DNA of 64,000 nucleotides. It comes from Candidatus Anderseniibacteriota bacterium (lineage in GTDB: Bacteria > Patescibacteriota > Andersenbacteria > UBA10190). Of this stretch, positions 1-9,179 are shown in pieces; within the stretch, counting starts at the first letter, position 1; every line of letters begins with the position of its first letter. The stretch is taken from positions 300,365 to 364,364 of the forward strand of contig JAIOOW010000003.1 of assembly GCA_021414205.1 (NCBI GenBank), written 5' to 3'. The notes under the pieces are model-generated. The model saw only the letters and a program-made list of their open reading frames with translations, was not told the origin of the DNA and searched no databases. The translations under genes and the position numbers were made by a program.

Positions 1-18
1 GCAAGGGAATATAAAAAA

Positions 19-41
19 GCACCGGTGATGAGTCGGTGCTG
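19..41 (-). terminator. Rho-independent terminator downstream of nucleotidyltransferase gene
   Basis: Inverted repeat AGCACCG..CGGTGCT; on the minus strand it is followed by a T-run (forward a-run 12-18). Confidence 0.45.
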
Positions 42-55
42 CCAGGAGGGCGGAT

Positions 56-943
56 CTACAAAAGGGACTGCGATACGAATAAGCTTTTAACTGCTTGATT
101 GAAGGCGAGAGTGCGATGGGCTAGAGTGAAAATATCGCGAAGCGCCGCTCCGTAGGCTGATTGGCTGGGGTGCCGGAGCTGCTCCTGAACGACAGATAGA
201 AAATTAGTCTTTCCTTTGAGAAGTTCTTCGAGGAGGGCGCACACAGGTACCTGCTCCTCTATGAGATGGCATCCATCCTGCAAAATCTTGAGCATTTCTT
301 GCGTAGAATATTCGCGGTGATGTTCGTGACGATCAAACAGTCTTCGCGTGATATGGCCTGGGGCATCTAGGATTTTTCCCAGAAAGCGAAGCCGTTGTTC
401 ATCGCTGTAGGAGTCGAATAGGAATATTCCATGGGTGAGGCGGCGTTCTTGGAAATCCAGATACCGGAGTCGTTCCACTAGTTCCTGATGCTTTTTGTCG
501 ACGTAGTAATGGACAGGAACAGTAGGCCCCCATTGCAATGAACTCAGAGGATTTTTGCCAATAATGTTATCTGGGTGTTCGGCGCACCAGCGCAAATGCT
601 TCATGAGGGATAGGCCGATGGAATGGCAGCCCATTTCAGCGTCTGTTGCAAGGACCGTTTCGAATGAAACCTGAATTCCGTAGGTGTTTCGAATGATCCC
701 CGCGAGGGTTCCCAGGTTACATTGCCCAGGCTCGGGGAGCTTGCTGGTAACGACGAGCATATCGAGATCGCTCAAGATATTACATCGATTTGTAGCGGCG
801 GAGCCGAACCGTACAGCTCCACAAAAGCCCGCAAGTTCTGGGAGCGCTCCCTGTAGACATCTAAATGCATCAGAAAATGCCTCTTCTGCGCTCCATGGAG
901 GGGCAAGTTGGCTCAACTCTTCAAACGACAATACGCGAGTCAT
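56..943 (-). CDS. Pol-beta superfamily nucleotidyltransferase (AadA/ANT(3'')-like NTase domain plus helical C-terminal domain)
   Basis: Motif FGSAATNRCNILSDLDMLVV matches the GS-x(9-13)-DxD NTase signature of aminoglycoside/lincosamide nucleotidyltransferases. Start is taken at the internal ATG (MTRVL), which has a GAGGAA RBS 7 nt upstream; the track ORF extends to 994. Confidence 0.55.
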   Translation of the reverse strand: MTRVLSFEELSQLAPPWSAEEAFSDAFRCLQGALPELAGFCGAVRFGSAATNRCNILSDLDMLVVTSKLPEPGQCNLGTLAGIIRNTYGIQVSFETVLATDAEMGCHSIGLSLMKHLRWCAEHPDNIIGKNPLSSLQWGPTVPVHYYVDKKHQELVERLRYLDFQERRLTHGIFLFDSYSDEQRLRFLGKILDAPGHITRRLFDRHEHHREYSTQEMLKILQDGCHLIEEQVPVCALLEELLKGKTNFLSVVQEQLRHPSQSAYGAALRDIFTLAHRTLAFNQAVKSLFVSQSLL

Positions 944-1194
944 GGCGCGGTTCCTCGTCTTGTGAAATATTGGTTGGAAAGGTGCGTGTGGCAACTGCTG
1001 CCAACATCAAAAAATAGCACAGTTGCGAGAAAAATAGCAACCGCTGAAAAATGTCAGAAAGTATTGACAAAATGGGATATAGGAGTATACTAATTGTGTC
1101 TTTCGGAAAGACAAATGTTCATTTCTTGTGGGATTTCGCCAGGCATGGCAGAGAACGTGCTGGCTTTATGTGTTTGTTTTGAAGAGGGGTTAGT

Positions 1195-1539
1195 ATGTCG
1201 GCAGTGATTGAGAAGAAGGATTCGGCAAGGATGAAACGGGCTCAAGCGATGCAGCAGGTTAGCGTGTTTACGCTCACGGAGATGCAGGGGCTCGTTTCGC
1301 CAGGAGATGAGTTGAAAGTGGATTACGCTCGGGTGTGCTGTGCATGTACGAATTGTGCGCATTACCGGACTAACAACACGATCAACCCTTCTCAACGATT
1401 GAGTCTTGCTCAGGCAGGCAGTCGGACCGTGCTGGTTCATGCCGATTGCCCTAAGCAGCCAACGATGCAGATTCTGATGCCGCTGCGGAGGGATCTGCTC
1501 GAGATTCTTGCCAAGGTGAAAGGCGTCGAAGTCGTTTGA
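1195..1539 (+). CDS. hypothetical small Cys-containing protein (114 aa)
   Basis: ORF preceded by GAGGGG-like RBS; followed by a strong two-tier terminator; no recognisable family. Confidence 0.5.
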   Translation: MSAVIEKKDSARMKRAQAMQQVSVFTLTEMQGLVSPGDELKVDYARVCCACTNCAHYRTNNTINPSQRLSLAQAGSRTVLVHADCPKQPTMQILMPLRRDLLEILAKVKGVEVV

Positions 1540-1556
1540 GTTAAAAGCTGATTTCT

Positions 1557-1624
1557 GCGGGCAGGGAAGGATAAGGGAGCAACGAGTGCACTCCCAAATC
1601 CGACCCTGACCCGCCTATTTTTTT
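1557..1624 (+). terminator. Rho-independent terminator (nested hairpins plus T7 run)
   Basis: GCGGGCAGGG..CCCTGaCCCGC outer stem with inner GGGAG..CTCCC stem, then ctattttttt. Confidence 0.55.
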
Positions 1625-1638
1625 ACCCGCAAATGGAC

Positions 1639-1666
1639 TTGACAAATTCAATATAACAGCTATAAT
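1639..1666 (+). promoter_or_regulatory. sigma70-like promoter (TTGACA-16-TATAAT)
   Basis: Exact consensus hexamers TTGACA (1639-1644) and TATAAT (1661-1666); it would start a roughly 400-nt leader before aspS. Confidence 0.5.
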
Positions 1667-1929
1667 GGTTAGTTCGTTGAAAAAGCAGTTTTATGGTTAG
1701 GAGGGGCCTTGCGCAATACAGGCGATGAGAGTTTCGGCTTTCGCGCTCTTGAGCAAAAAGGCGGTTGTGGATGCCACCTGGTTTCATAACTTCTAAACTC
1801 CTTGCCATTAAACTGCTTTTTCGTTACAGTGACTAGTTGCTCATTTTTGTTCGTATTTGCGAGATTTTTACTGAAGTCTTGCAAATGCGAATCATCTTGT
1901 ATGATACGCAGTGATCTTTCTTTTCCAAA

Positions 1930-2010
1930 CCCCGTTTGAAGGAGCGGGGTGCATCCCAGGCATACGACTTGTTCCGCCTAAGCTTCTAGTGAAGGCGGAC
2001 AATCCTGGGA
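1930..2010 (+). promoter_or_regulatory. structured 5' leader element upstream of aspS (nested inverted repeats)
   Basis: CCCCG..CGGGG hairpin (1930-1949), then nested stems CCCAGG..CCTGGG enclosing CCGCCT..AGGCGG (1953-2010); no T-run follows, so it is not an intrinsic terminator. Confidence 0.35.
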
Positions 2011-2069
2011 GAGTGCAAATAATGAGAAAATTGTTTGTAGTCTTCTAGGGGAACACGTATGATAAGAAC

Positions 2070-3857
2070 GTGAAATCCAACCTCAATACAACATATAGAA
2101 CGCACATGATTGGCGACTTGGCATCTTCATTAGATGGCAAGGATATTCGCATATCCGGATGGGTGGCAACGCGCCGTGATCATGGGGGGCTAATTTTTTT
2201 AGATATTCGAGACAAGACGGGAGTTGTGCAAATTACGTGCAACCCTAAGCAGAATAAGCAAGCGTGGGAAGTTGCTGAAACGCTCCGAGATGAATTTGTG
2301 GTTACTGTTTCCGGGATTGTACGGATGCGCCCCACTGAAATGGTAAACGATGCATTGGGCGAATTAGGAAAAATAGAAATTGAAGTAACGGATATTCGAC
2401 TTGAGAGCGCATCTCAAGCGTTGCCGTTCGTATTAGGGGATGAGACGGTGAATGAAGATATGCGGCTTACGTATCGCTTTTTAGATTTGCGCACGGCGAA
2501 GATGCAAAACATGCTTCGCGTTCGTGGAGAATTTATTCAGGAGGTTCGCACGTTCATGATTGGGCATGGGTTTACGGAAGTGCAAACGCCTATTCTTGCA
2601 AACTCGTCACCGGAAGGTGCGCGAGATTTTTTGGTGCCATCAAGACTACACCCGGGAACATTCTACGCACTGCCGCAAGCTCCGCAACAATATAAGCAGC
2701 TTTTGATGGTTGGAGGACTAGATAAATATTTCCAAATTGCACCATGCTTTCGGGATGAGGACCCGCGCGCGGATCGCCATGCGGGAGACTTTTACCAGAT
2801 CGACGTAGAGATGAGTTTTATTGAGCAAGAAGATGTTTTGCAATTAGGGGAAGAGTTGATGAAGCATTTGTCTGATTTTTCCGGGAAGAAATTAAAAGAC
2901 GAAACATTCCCGCGATTTACCTGGAAAGAGGCGATGAATAAGTTTGGCGTAGATAAGCCGGATATTCGCTACGACTTTTTTATTACTGACATTACGGATA
3001 CGGCAAAAAAATCCGGCTTCAATGTATTTGCAAAGTCAGAAGTTGTGCATGTTTTGCGCGCAGAAGGCGGAGCCGTATTTACGCGAAGCCAGATCGATGA
3101 GCTCACGGAACTTGCAAAAGCACATGGATTAGGCGGGCTTGCATATGCAAAAGTTACGGCAGATGGCGTAGATTCTCCAATTACAAAATTCGTAGGCGAA
3201 GATGCATTTGCTGAAATTGTAAAAGCATCCGGTGCGCAATCTGGTGATATGTTGTTTTTCGGAGCAGGGGAGTGGTTGCCGGTATGTAAAGCATTAGGCG
3301 ATGTTCGCAAAGCAAGTGCGCATATGCTCGGCGTTCTTGATAACGAAGCACTTAATAATCAGCTTGCATGGTGCTGGGTGATAGATTTCCCGATGTATGA
3401 AAAGAATACGGAAACAGGAGAAATAGATTTCTCGCATAATCCGTTCTCGATGCCGCAAGGGGGAATGGAAGCGCTGGAGAATACAAATCCGGAAGATATT
3501 GTTGCGTACCAATATGACTTAGTGGTGAACGGATACGAAATTAGTTCGGGTGCAATTCGAAATCATAAGATTGATACGTTATATAAAGCATTCGCAATTG
3601 CGGGATATTCGAAAGAAGAAACGGATGCGAAGTTTGGCGGAATGATTCGTGCGTTTTCGTATGGTGCTCCTCCGCACGGTGGATTTGCTCCCGGGATTGA
3701 TCGGCTCTTGATGGTCCTGATGGATGTCCCGAGCATTCGGGATATTTATGCGTTCCCAAAAAACGGTCGCGGACAAGACATGATGATGGCGTCGCCCGCT
3801 CCGGTAGATACAAAACTGCTTCGCGATTTGCATATCAAGCTAGATGTGGAAGAATAA
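2070..3857 (+). CDS. aspS: aspartyl-tRNA synthetase
   Basis: Class II aaRS motifs (FRDEDPRADR; GGFAPGIDRLLMVL), N-terminal OB-fold anticodon-binding region (RTHMIGDL.. like E. coli RTEYCGQL); GTG start. Confidence 0.95.
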   Translation: MKSNLNTTYRTHMIGDLASSLDGKDIRISGWVATRRDHGGLIFLDIRDKTGVVQITCNPKQNKQAWEVAETLRDEFVVTVSGIVRMRPTEMVNDALGELGKIEIEVTDIRLESASQALPFVLGDETVNEDMRLTYRFLDLRTAKMQNMLRVRGEFIQEVRTFMIGHGFTEVQTPILANSSPEGARDFLVPSRLHPGTFYALPQAPQQYKQLLMVGGLDKYFQIAPCFRDEDPRADRHAGDFYQIDVEMSFIEQEDVLQLGEELMKHLSDFSGKKLKDETFPRFTWKEAMNKFGVDKPDIRYDFFITDITDTAKKSGFNVFAKSEVVHVLRAEGGAVFTRSQIDELTELAKAHGLGGLAYAKVTADGVDSPITKFVGEDAFAEIVKASGAQSGDMLFFGAGEWLPVCKALGDVRKASAHMLGVLDNEALNNQLAWCWVIDFPMYEKNTETGEIDFSHNPFSMPQGGMEALENTNPEDIVAYQYDLVVNGYEISSGAIRNHKIDTLYKAFAIAGYSKEETDAKFGGMIRAFSYGAPPHGGFAPGIDRLLMVLMDVPSIRDIYAFPKNGRGQDMMMASPAPVDTKLLRDLHIKLDVEE

Positions 3858-3858
3858 G

Positions 3859-5022
3859 ATGATGAATAGATCGCAGACCATAGCACTGATCGTAGTAGCT
3901 GTCCTTGTGGGGTACCTGATCGGTCAGCGCCACGGCTTCCCGCCGTCTCAATTGTCTACTTCGCCTGCCGCAATTTCGAGCGCATCTAATCACCAAACAA
4001 CGGCGCTCTTTTCGGATGTTTGGAAAAGTTTGCATGACAATTTTATCGGTAGTATCGATGATAAAAAGTTAGATTATGGCGCAGTGGCGGGAATGGTGCA
4101 TGCGGCAGGGGATCCGTACACCACGTTTTTTGATCCGGACCAGGCGAAGCAATTAAAAGAAACATTGAGCGGAAGTTTTTCCGGAATCGGCGCAGAAATG
4201 GGAATTAAGAACGGACTCGTTGTGGTAATCGCTCCATTGGAAGGATCTCCTGCGCAAAAAGCCGGCATAAAATCTGAAGATATTATCGTTGCCGTAGATA
4301 AGAAGAATATTACGCAAGATATGTCGCTTGATGATGTGGTGCAAGAAATTCGTGGTCCGAAGGGGCAGGCTGTTGTATTGTCTGTTGTTCATAAAGGGGA
4401 CACAGCTCCAAAAGATATTTCTGTAGTTCGCGACGATATTGCCGTGCCGAGCGTAAAGCTCGAAGTTGTGAATAATATCGCGCATATTTCACTGGCAAGT
4501 TTCGATAATAATACGGCGTCCCAATTTGCAGATATCGCAAAGCAAGTTCAGAAGCAAAAAGTTCGCGGAGTGGTATTGGATTTGCGGGATAATCCGGGAG
4601 GATACCTAGATTCTGCAGTGCAGATCGCATCGCAATTCTTGCAACCAGGCTCTTTGGTGGTAAGCGAACGGGGAAAAACGGAAACGACGCACAAGGCCAG
4701 CGGAGGCGGAATTCTTAAAGGGGTGCCGGTGGTAGTGCTTATTAATCACGGAAGCGCGTCTGCATCAGAAATTTTGGCAGGAGCATTGCGGGACGATATT
4801 GCAGCCCCTATCGTAGGTGATCAATCATTTGGAAAAGGATCTGTGCAAGAAGTGTTGGACATGTCTGATGGATCGAGTCTGAAAGTAACGATTGCGAAAT
4901 GGTACACGCCGAACGGATCATCTATTGATAAAGAGGGGATTAAGCCGACTATTGCAGTAACAGACGACGTGAATACAAAGACGGATGAGCAATTGGAAAA
5001 AGCATATTCTCAAATAAAGTAA
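3859..5022 (+). CDS. ctp: carboxyl-terminal processing protease (S41 family) with PDZ domain
   Basis: N-terminal TM, PDZ segment (GIKSEDIIVAVD), S41 motifs VVLDLRDNPGGY and HGSASASEILAGAL. Start taken at ATG just after the aspS stop. Confidence 0.85.
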   Translation: MMNRSQTIALIVVAVLVGYLIGQRHGFPPSQLSTSPAAISSASNHQTTALFSDVWKSLHDNFIGSIDDKKLDYGAVAGMVHAAGDPYTTFFDPDQAKQLKETLSGSFSGIGAEMGIKNGLVVVIAPLEGSPAQKAGIKSEDIIVAVDKKNITQDMSLDDVVQEIRGPKGQAVVLSVVHKGDTAPKDISVVRDDIAVPSVKLEVVNNIAHISLASFDNNTASQFADIAKQVQKQKVRGVVLDLRDNPGGYLDSAVQIASQFLQPGSLVVSERGKTETTHKASGGGILKGVPVVVLINHGSASASEILAGALRDDIAAPIVGDQSFGKGSVQEVLDMSDGSSLKVTIAKWYTPNGSSIDKEGIKPTIAVTDDVNTKTDEQLEKAYSQIK

Positions 5023-5027
5023 TTCTT

Positions 5028-5495
5028 ATGGCTAAACAACTCTCAGTGATCCTATTAGAAGATATCGCCCAACTCGGAAGAGCGGGCGATATTGTAGAGG
5101 TGGCAGAAGCGTATGCGCGCAATGCCTTATTCCCGCAAGGGAAGGCCGCGCTTGCAACTGCTCAAGTGAAGACAGAAAAGCAAACCAAAGATGCGGCAAA
5201 GCGAAAAAGGGCAGAAGAAGAACTATTGGCGACGCAGGCAATTGCAGAAAAAATGGAAAATACAGAACTTAGCATTTCTGTTTCTGTGAACGAAGAAAAT
5301 GAACCATATGGCAGTATTACATCAAAAACTATTGCTGATTTACTGAAAAAAGAATCTAACATAGATATTTCCGCGAAGAAAATTTCAGGAACCTTCCCAA
5401 TTAAATCGCTTGGTTCGTTCCCGATTTCAGTTTCGTTGCCGCAGGGTGTAGAATTTCACATGATTATTGTTGTAACAAAAAAAGATGAGCAATAA
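5028..5495 (+). CDS. rplI: 50S ribosomal protein L9
   Basis: N-terminus VILLEDIAQLGRAGDIVEVAEAYARNALFPQGKA matches the L9 N-domain consensus. Confidence 0.9.
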   Translation: MAKQLSVILLEDIAQLGRAGDIVEVAEAYARNALFPQGKAALATAQVKTEKQTKDAAKRKRAEEELLATQAIAEKMENTELSISVSVNEENEPYGSITSKTIADLLKKESNIDISAKKISGTFPIKSLGSFPISVSLPQGVEFHMIIVVTKKDEQ

Positions 5496-7095
5496 AAAAA
5501 CAAAATATATTTTCGTAACAGGCGGAGTGTTGTCTGGATTAGGAAAGGGGATTACCGCAGCATCTATCGGGAATATGCTTAAAGACCGCGGGCTCACGGT
5601 GAACATGCAGAAGTTCGATCAGTATATCAACGTGGATGCCGGCACATTAAACCCTGCAGAGCATGGGGAAGTGTTCGTGACGGACGATGGCGCAGAAGCG
5701 GATTTGGATTTAGGGCATTACGAACGGTTTTTGCATCAAAACATTACGGCGGATTCCTCGGTGATGACGGGAAAAATTTATCAGGAAGTCATTAATAGGG
5801 AGCGCCGAGGAGAATACTTAGGCAAGACCGTGCAAGTTATTCCGCATGTAACAGAAGAGGTAAAGCGTCGAGCGCGGCTATCTGCTGCATCAGGAGATTA
5901 TGATGTGCAAATCGTCGAAATTGGCGGAACGGTGGGGGATAACGAAGGGTTTCATTTCTTGGAAGCTGCCCGCCAAATGATGCTCGATGAAGGGCGAGAA
6001 AATGTGCTGTATGTGCACGTTGTATTTTTGCCGTATTTGAAAGCAAGTGATGAAGTGAAAACAAAGCCAGCACAAAATAGTGTACGGGAATTGCGCAGTA
6101 TCGGTATTCAGCCAGATGTATTAATCGCGCGTACTGATTATGAAATTGGCGAAGCTGACATTGCAAAAATGTCGTTATATACAAACGTAGAAAAAGAAGC
6201 CATTTTGCCACTCGTAACAGTTAAGACAGTGTACGAAGTTCCGCTGATCATGGAAAATCACAAGCTGGACGAAGTGATTATGAAAAAGTTGAAGCTTGAA
6301 GTAAAGCCTCGCGCGCATGATGGATGGGAAAAGCTGGTAGAAAATATTAAGAAAGACAAACCGAAACTTCCAATTGCAGTAGTGGGAAAATACATTACGA
6401 TGCTCGATACGTATGCAAGTATGGTGGAAGCATTAAAGGCGGCATGTTGGGTAAATGGGTTCGATATAGAGCTGATATGGATTGATGCGGAAAAATTGGA
6501 GCAGAACGATGAGGCAACATTTAGCGAACTCAAAAAAGCAAAAGGTATCGTTGTCCCGGGCGGCTTCGGTGTGCGCGGAACGGAAGGAAAAATTCTAGGA
6601 GTAAAATATGCTCGTGAAAACAACATTCCGTATCTTGGATTGTGTTTAGGGATGCAGCTTGCTGTTATCGAATTTGCCCGCAACGTTGCAAATATCCCCC
6701 AAGCAACTAGTCAAGAGTTTGATGAAAAATCTGACAGCTGCGTGATTCATATTATGGAATCGCAAAAAACAGTTACAGATAAAGGCGGAACGATGCGATT
6801 AGGCGGATGGGATTGTGTGTTGAAAGAAGGGACGAAAATCGCGGACGCATACGGATCAACGAATATTCGCGAGCGTCATCGTCATCGCTATGAATTTAAT
6901 AACGACTTTAAAGAACAGTTAGAAACGGCGGGCTTAGTGTTATCTGGCGCAACTCCAGACGGAAAATTAATAGAAACAATTGAGCTTAAAGACCATCCAT
7001 TCTTCGTTGCAGTTCAGTTCCATCCAGAATTTACATCGCGCCCTCAAGGCGGCCACCCGCTCTTTAACGCGTTCATCAAAGCGGCGGGGAAGTAA
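5485..7095 (+). CDS. pyrG: CTP synthase
   Basis: N-terminal synthetase P-loop (KYIFVTGGVLSGLGKG) and C-terminal class I glutamine amidotransferase (GLCLGMQL, HPEF). Confidence 0.95.
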   Translation: MSNKKTKYIFVTGGVLSGLGKGITAASIGNMLKDRGLTVNMQKFDQYINVDAGTLNPAEHGEVFVTDDGAEADLDLGHYERFLHQNITADSSVMTGKIYQEVINRERRGEYLGKTVQVIPHVTEEVKRRARLSAASGDYDVQIVEIGGTVGDNEGFHFLEAARQMMLDEGRENVLYVHVVFLPYLKASDEVKTKPAQNSVRELRSIGIQPDVLIARTDYEIGEADIAKMSLYTNVEKEAILPLVTVKTVYEVPLIMENHKLDEVIMKKLKLEVKPRAHDGWEKLVENIKKDKPKLPIAVVGKYITMLDTYASMVEALKAACWVNGFDIELIWIDAEKLEQNDEATFSELKKAKGIVVPGGFGVRGTEGKILGVKYARENNIPYLGLCLGMQLAVIEFARNVANIPQATSQEFDEKSDSCVIHIMESQKTVTDKGGTMRLGGWDCVLKEGTKIADAYGSTNIRERHRHRYEFNNDFKEQLETAGLVLSGATPDGKLIETIELKDHPFFVAVQFHPEFTSRPQGGHPLFNAFIKAAGK

Positions 7096-7099
7096 CGGG

Positions 7100-7128
7100 T
7101 TGACTTTTAATCGATTTTTGTTTACTAT
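7100..7128 (+). promoter_or_regulatory. sigma70-like promoter (TTGACT-17-TACTAT)
   Basis: Hexamers at 7100-7105 and 7123-7128, upstream of the PG-binding gene. Confidence 0.45.
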
Positions 7129-7185
7129 ATCCGCGAGCCTCGTAGCTCAGTGGTACATTTTCAATGCTTGCGCAAGGAGCAAATT

Positions 7186-7497
7186 GTGGCTTCCTCTCAG
7201 CTATTCTTCCCGGAGTTTTTAAACCAAGGGTCGAGCGGCCCAGCAGTCCGCCTGTTGCAGTTGCTTTTGATTATGGGCGGATACAATTCCGTGGCGATCA
7301 TTCCTGACGGAGACTACGGCGAGGAAACGGCAAAAGGAGTTCGGCTGTTTCAAGACGCTGTGGGATTCAACGGCGCGGATGTTGACGGGAATTTCGGGCC
7401 GGCCACGCGGAAGGCATTTGTCGAATGGCATCGGATTAACGTGAATGCGATTCCAGCCGATGCGTTTGAAGGTGAAACGATGGCCGTTATCCCGTGA
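7186..7497 (+). CDS. peptidoglycan-binding domain (PG_binding_1) protein
   Basis: GPAVRLLQLLL..DGDYGEETAKGVRLFQ..GADVDGNFGPATRKA matches the PG_binding_1 repeat. GTG start at 7186 has an AAGGAG RBS 8 nt upstream; the track ORF starts at 7150. Confidence 0.6.
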   Translation: MASSQLFFPEFLNQGSSGPAVRLLQLLLIMGGYNSVAIIPDGDYGEETAKGVRLFQDAVGFNGADVDGNFGPATRKAFVEWHRINVNAIPADAFEGETMAVIP

Positions 7498-7529
7498 TGG
7501 ACTTCGCACCACTGTTTGCAAACAATCTC

Positions 7530-7570
7530 ATCTCTGCCTGATCATCATGATCTTGCAGAGATTTTTATTT
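7530..7570 (+). terminator. Rho-independent terminator
   Basis: ATCTCTGC..GCAGAGAT 8-bp stem followed by ttttattt. Confidence 0.5.
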
Positions 7571-8272
7571 ACTATTTTTCAGGGCTCTCGTTTCTTCCGG
7601 CGTAAGCTTGCGGGTTTCTTTCGGTCGCATTTCACCAATGTCGATGTTGCCGATGCGGACGCGTTTGAGAGCGATGACAGTTAAGTGAATCTTTCCGCAC
7701 ATGCGGCGGATTTGGCGGTTTTTGCCTTCCTGTAAAATAATCTTAAATGTATGCGAATCAATGAGTTCCACTTCTGCGGGCTTCGTGGTGCCAACTTTTA
7801 ATTTCATTGGTTTTGTAAGCTGGGAAATGCGTTGTTCGTTTATTTTTTCCTGCACTTCAACAATATATTCCTTGTCTACGGAATGCTCTTCGCCTGTTAC
7901 TGCTTTGGTAACTAATCCGTCATTGGAAAGCAGGAGAAGTCCTTCGCTATCTTTATCTAATCGCCCAACGATATTTAAGTGCTTATAGCGGGGGAACATC
8001 GATTGAATGGTTGGGCCAACATCGGAACCAATAGAGCACACTACTCCACGAGGCTTATAAATAGCGACAGTCTGCTTTGTTTTGAGTTGTTGTTCGATAG
8101 AAGGATCAAGCGTTACAACGTCTGTTTTATTGAGGGGGACGCCTGGGCGAGCCTTTTTGCCGTTTACGAAAATAAGCCCAGCCTTTAAAAAGGCCTCGGC
8201 TTCTTTGCGAGAACAGGTGCCTTGCTCTACTAAGTACTTTTGTACGAACATATGTGGCAGTATGCGGTGCAT
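7565..8272 (-). CDS. 16S/23S rRNA pseudouridine synthase (RsuA/RluB family) with S4 domain
   Basis: S4-like N-terminus (MFVQKYLVEQGTCSRKEAEAFLKAG) and catalytic motif GRLDKDSEGLLLLSNDG. Start uncertain (internal ATG chosen; track ORF extends to 8344). Confidence 0.8.
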   Translation of the reverse strand: MHRILPHMFVQKYLVEQGTCSRKEAEAFLKAGLIFVNGKKARPGVPLNKTDVVTLDPSIEQQLKTKQTVAIYKPRGVVCSIGSDVGPTIQSMFPRYKHLNIVGRLDKDSEGLLLLSNDGLVTKAVTGEEHSVDKEYIVEVQEKINEQRISQLTKPMKLKVGTTKPAEVELIDSHTFKIILQEGKNRQIRRMCGKIHLTVIALKRVRIGNIDIGEMRPKETRKLTPEETRALKNSK

Positions 8273-8306
8273 TGCGCAGGAAAGCAATTGGGGTACAATT
8301 CTGCCT

Positions 8307-8831
8307 ATGAACACCCAATACATATCGCACCTTGAGACAAACACTTTTCAAACAAAATATCGGGCGCAGTTTATTACAATTACTGAAGATGTTCAAAAAG
8401 CCATCGAAAAATCGGGGGTAACGACGGGGACTATTACGATCCAAACTCATCATACGACTGCCGGTTTATGGGTGAATGAAAACGAGAAAAACTTGATTGG
8501 CCCGTCGGAAGAATTGGGCTATGAATCTGACATTCGAAAAGTACTTGATGCCTTTGCTAGTCCGATGGACGAATATGGTCATAATGATATCGCCGACGTG
8601 CGAAATGAAGGCGGAAAGCGAAATACGCATTTATGCGAACCGGATGAAAACGGCGTGATCCAAGAATGCATTAATGGCCATGCGCATGCCCACGCGCTCA
8701 TGATTCATCCATCCATTACGCTTATCGTGAGTGAAGGGAAGTGGCTCAAAGGAAAGTGGCAAGAGCTTATGCTTGTTGAGCTTGATCACGATCGAGAGCG
8801 AACGGTATCGTTCTTGGTTCAAGGAGTGTAA
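8307..8831 (+). CDS. YjbQ/UPF0047 family protein (secondary thiamine-phosphate synthase-like)
   Basis: ITITEDVQKAIEKSGVTTGTITIQTHHTTAGLWVNENE and C-terminal HAHAHALMIHPSITLIVSEGKW..ELDHDRERTV are typical of UPF0047. The upstream part of the track ORF is antisense to the rRNA pseudouridine synthase gene. Confidence 0.7.
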   Translation: MNTQYISHLETNTFQTKYRAQFITITEDVQKAIEKSGVTTGTITIQTHHTTAGLWVNENEKNLIGPSEELGYESDIRKVLDAFASPMDEYGHNDIADVRNEGGKRNTHLCEPDENGVIQECINGHAHAHALMIHPSITLIVSEGKWLKGKWQELMLVELDHDRERTVSFLVQGV

Positions 8832-8849
8832 AGTGCGAGAAAACAAAAA

Positions 8850-8870
8850 GCCCCTCGAGAGGGGCTTTTA
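8850..8870. terminator. bidirectional Rho-independent terminator
   Basis: GCCCCTCGAGAGGGGC palindrome flanked by an A-run and a T-run, between the convergent YjbQ-family gene and rpmA. Confidence 0.55.
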
Positions 8871-8888
8871 TATTTCACGAAACAAATT

Positions 8889-9161
8889 TTATTGTACGTG
8901 GACGAACATTGCGGGTTTCAACTGACCGTTGAAACGCATCGTCTTTTTCTTCGCAAACTTTACGGTACCAGCAACTGCTGCGTAGAGCGTATCGTCTTCA
9001 CCTCGGCGTACGTTAATACCTGGTCGGTATTTTGTACCGCGCTGCCTGATGATGATTTGTCCCGGTTCAACGGGTTGCCCACCATAGATTTTCACGCCCA
9101 GTCGCTTCGATTCCGAATCTCGACCGAGCTGTGTAGATCCGGCGGCTTTCTTTGTTGACAT
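8889..9161 (-). CDS. rpmA: 50S ribosomal protein L27
   Basis: [34 protein letters not shown] matches the L27 consensus. Confidence 0.9.
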   Translation of the reverse strand: MSTKKAAGSTQLGRDSESKRLGVKIYGGQPVEPGQIIIRQRGTKYRPGINVRRGEDDTLYAAVAGTVKFAKKKTMRFNGQLKPAMFVHVQ

Positions 9162-9179
9162 AGTAGTATATAAAGTTAA

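Noticed and set aside
1640-2069. T-box riboswitch upstream of aspS
   Set aside because: I could not find the conserved T-box antiterminator sequence (AGGGUGGNACCGCG) or an Asp specifier-loop arrangement on the plus strand. GGTGGCATCC occurs only on the wrong strand. Kept as a generic structured leader instead.
2969-3512. Antisense ORFs inside aspS (2969-3310, 3294-3512)
   Set aside because: They lie within a gene supported by class II aaRS motifs on the opposite strand. Similar antisense ORFs were also discarded: 5837-6683 in pyrG, 9904-10293 in the methyltransferase gene, 27543-28478 in tkt, 35011-36422 in ftsE/prfB, 38066-38499 in the giant surface protein gene, 53981-54442 in xseA, 57488-58001 in dnaX and 60149-61006 in the GT-C glycosyltransferase gene.
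7130-7165. tRNA-like D-arm sequence GTAGCTCAGTGGTA in the pyrG-to-PG-binding intergenic region
   Set aside because: After the D-loop the expected GAGC closing stem, anticodon arm and T-arm are absent; it overlaps a promoter/RBS region instead.
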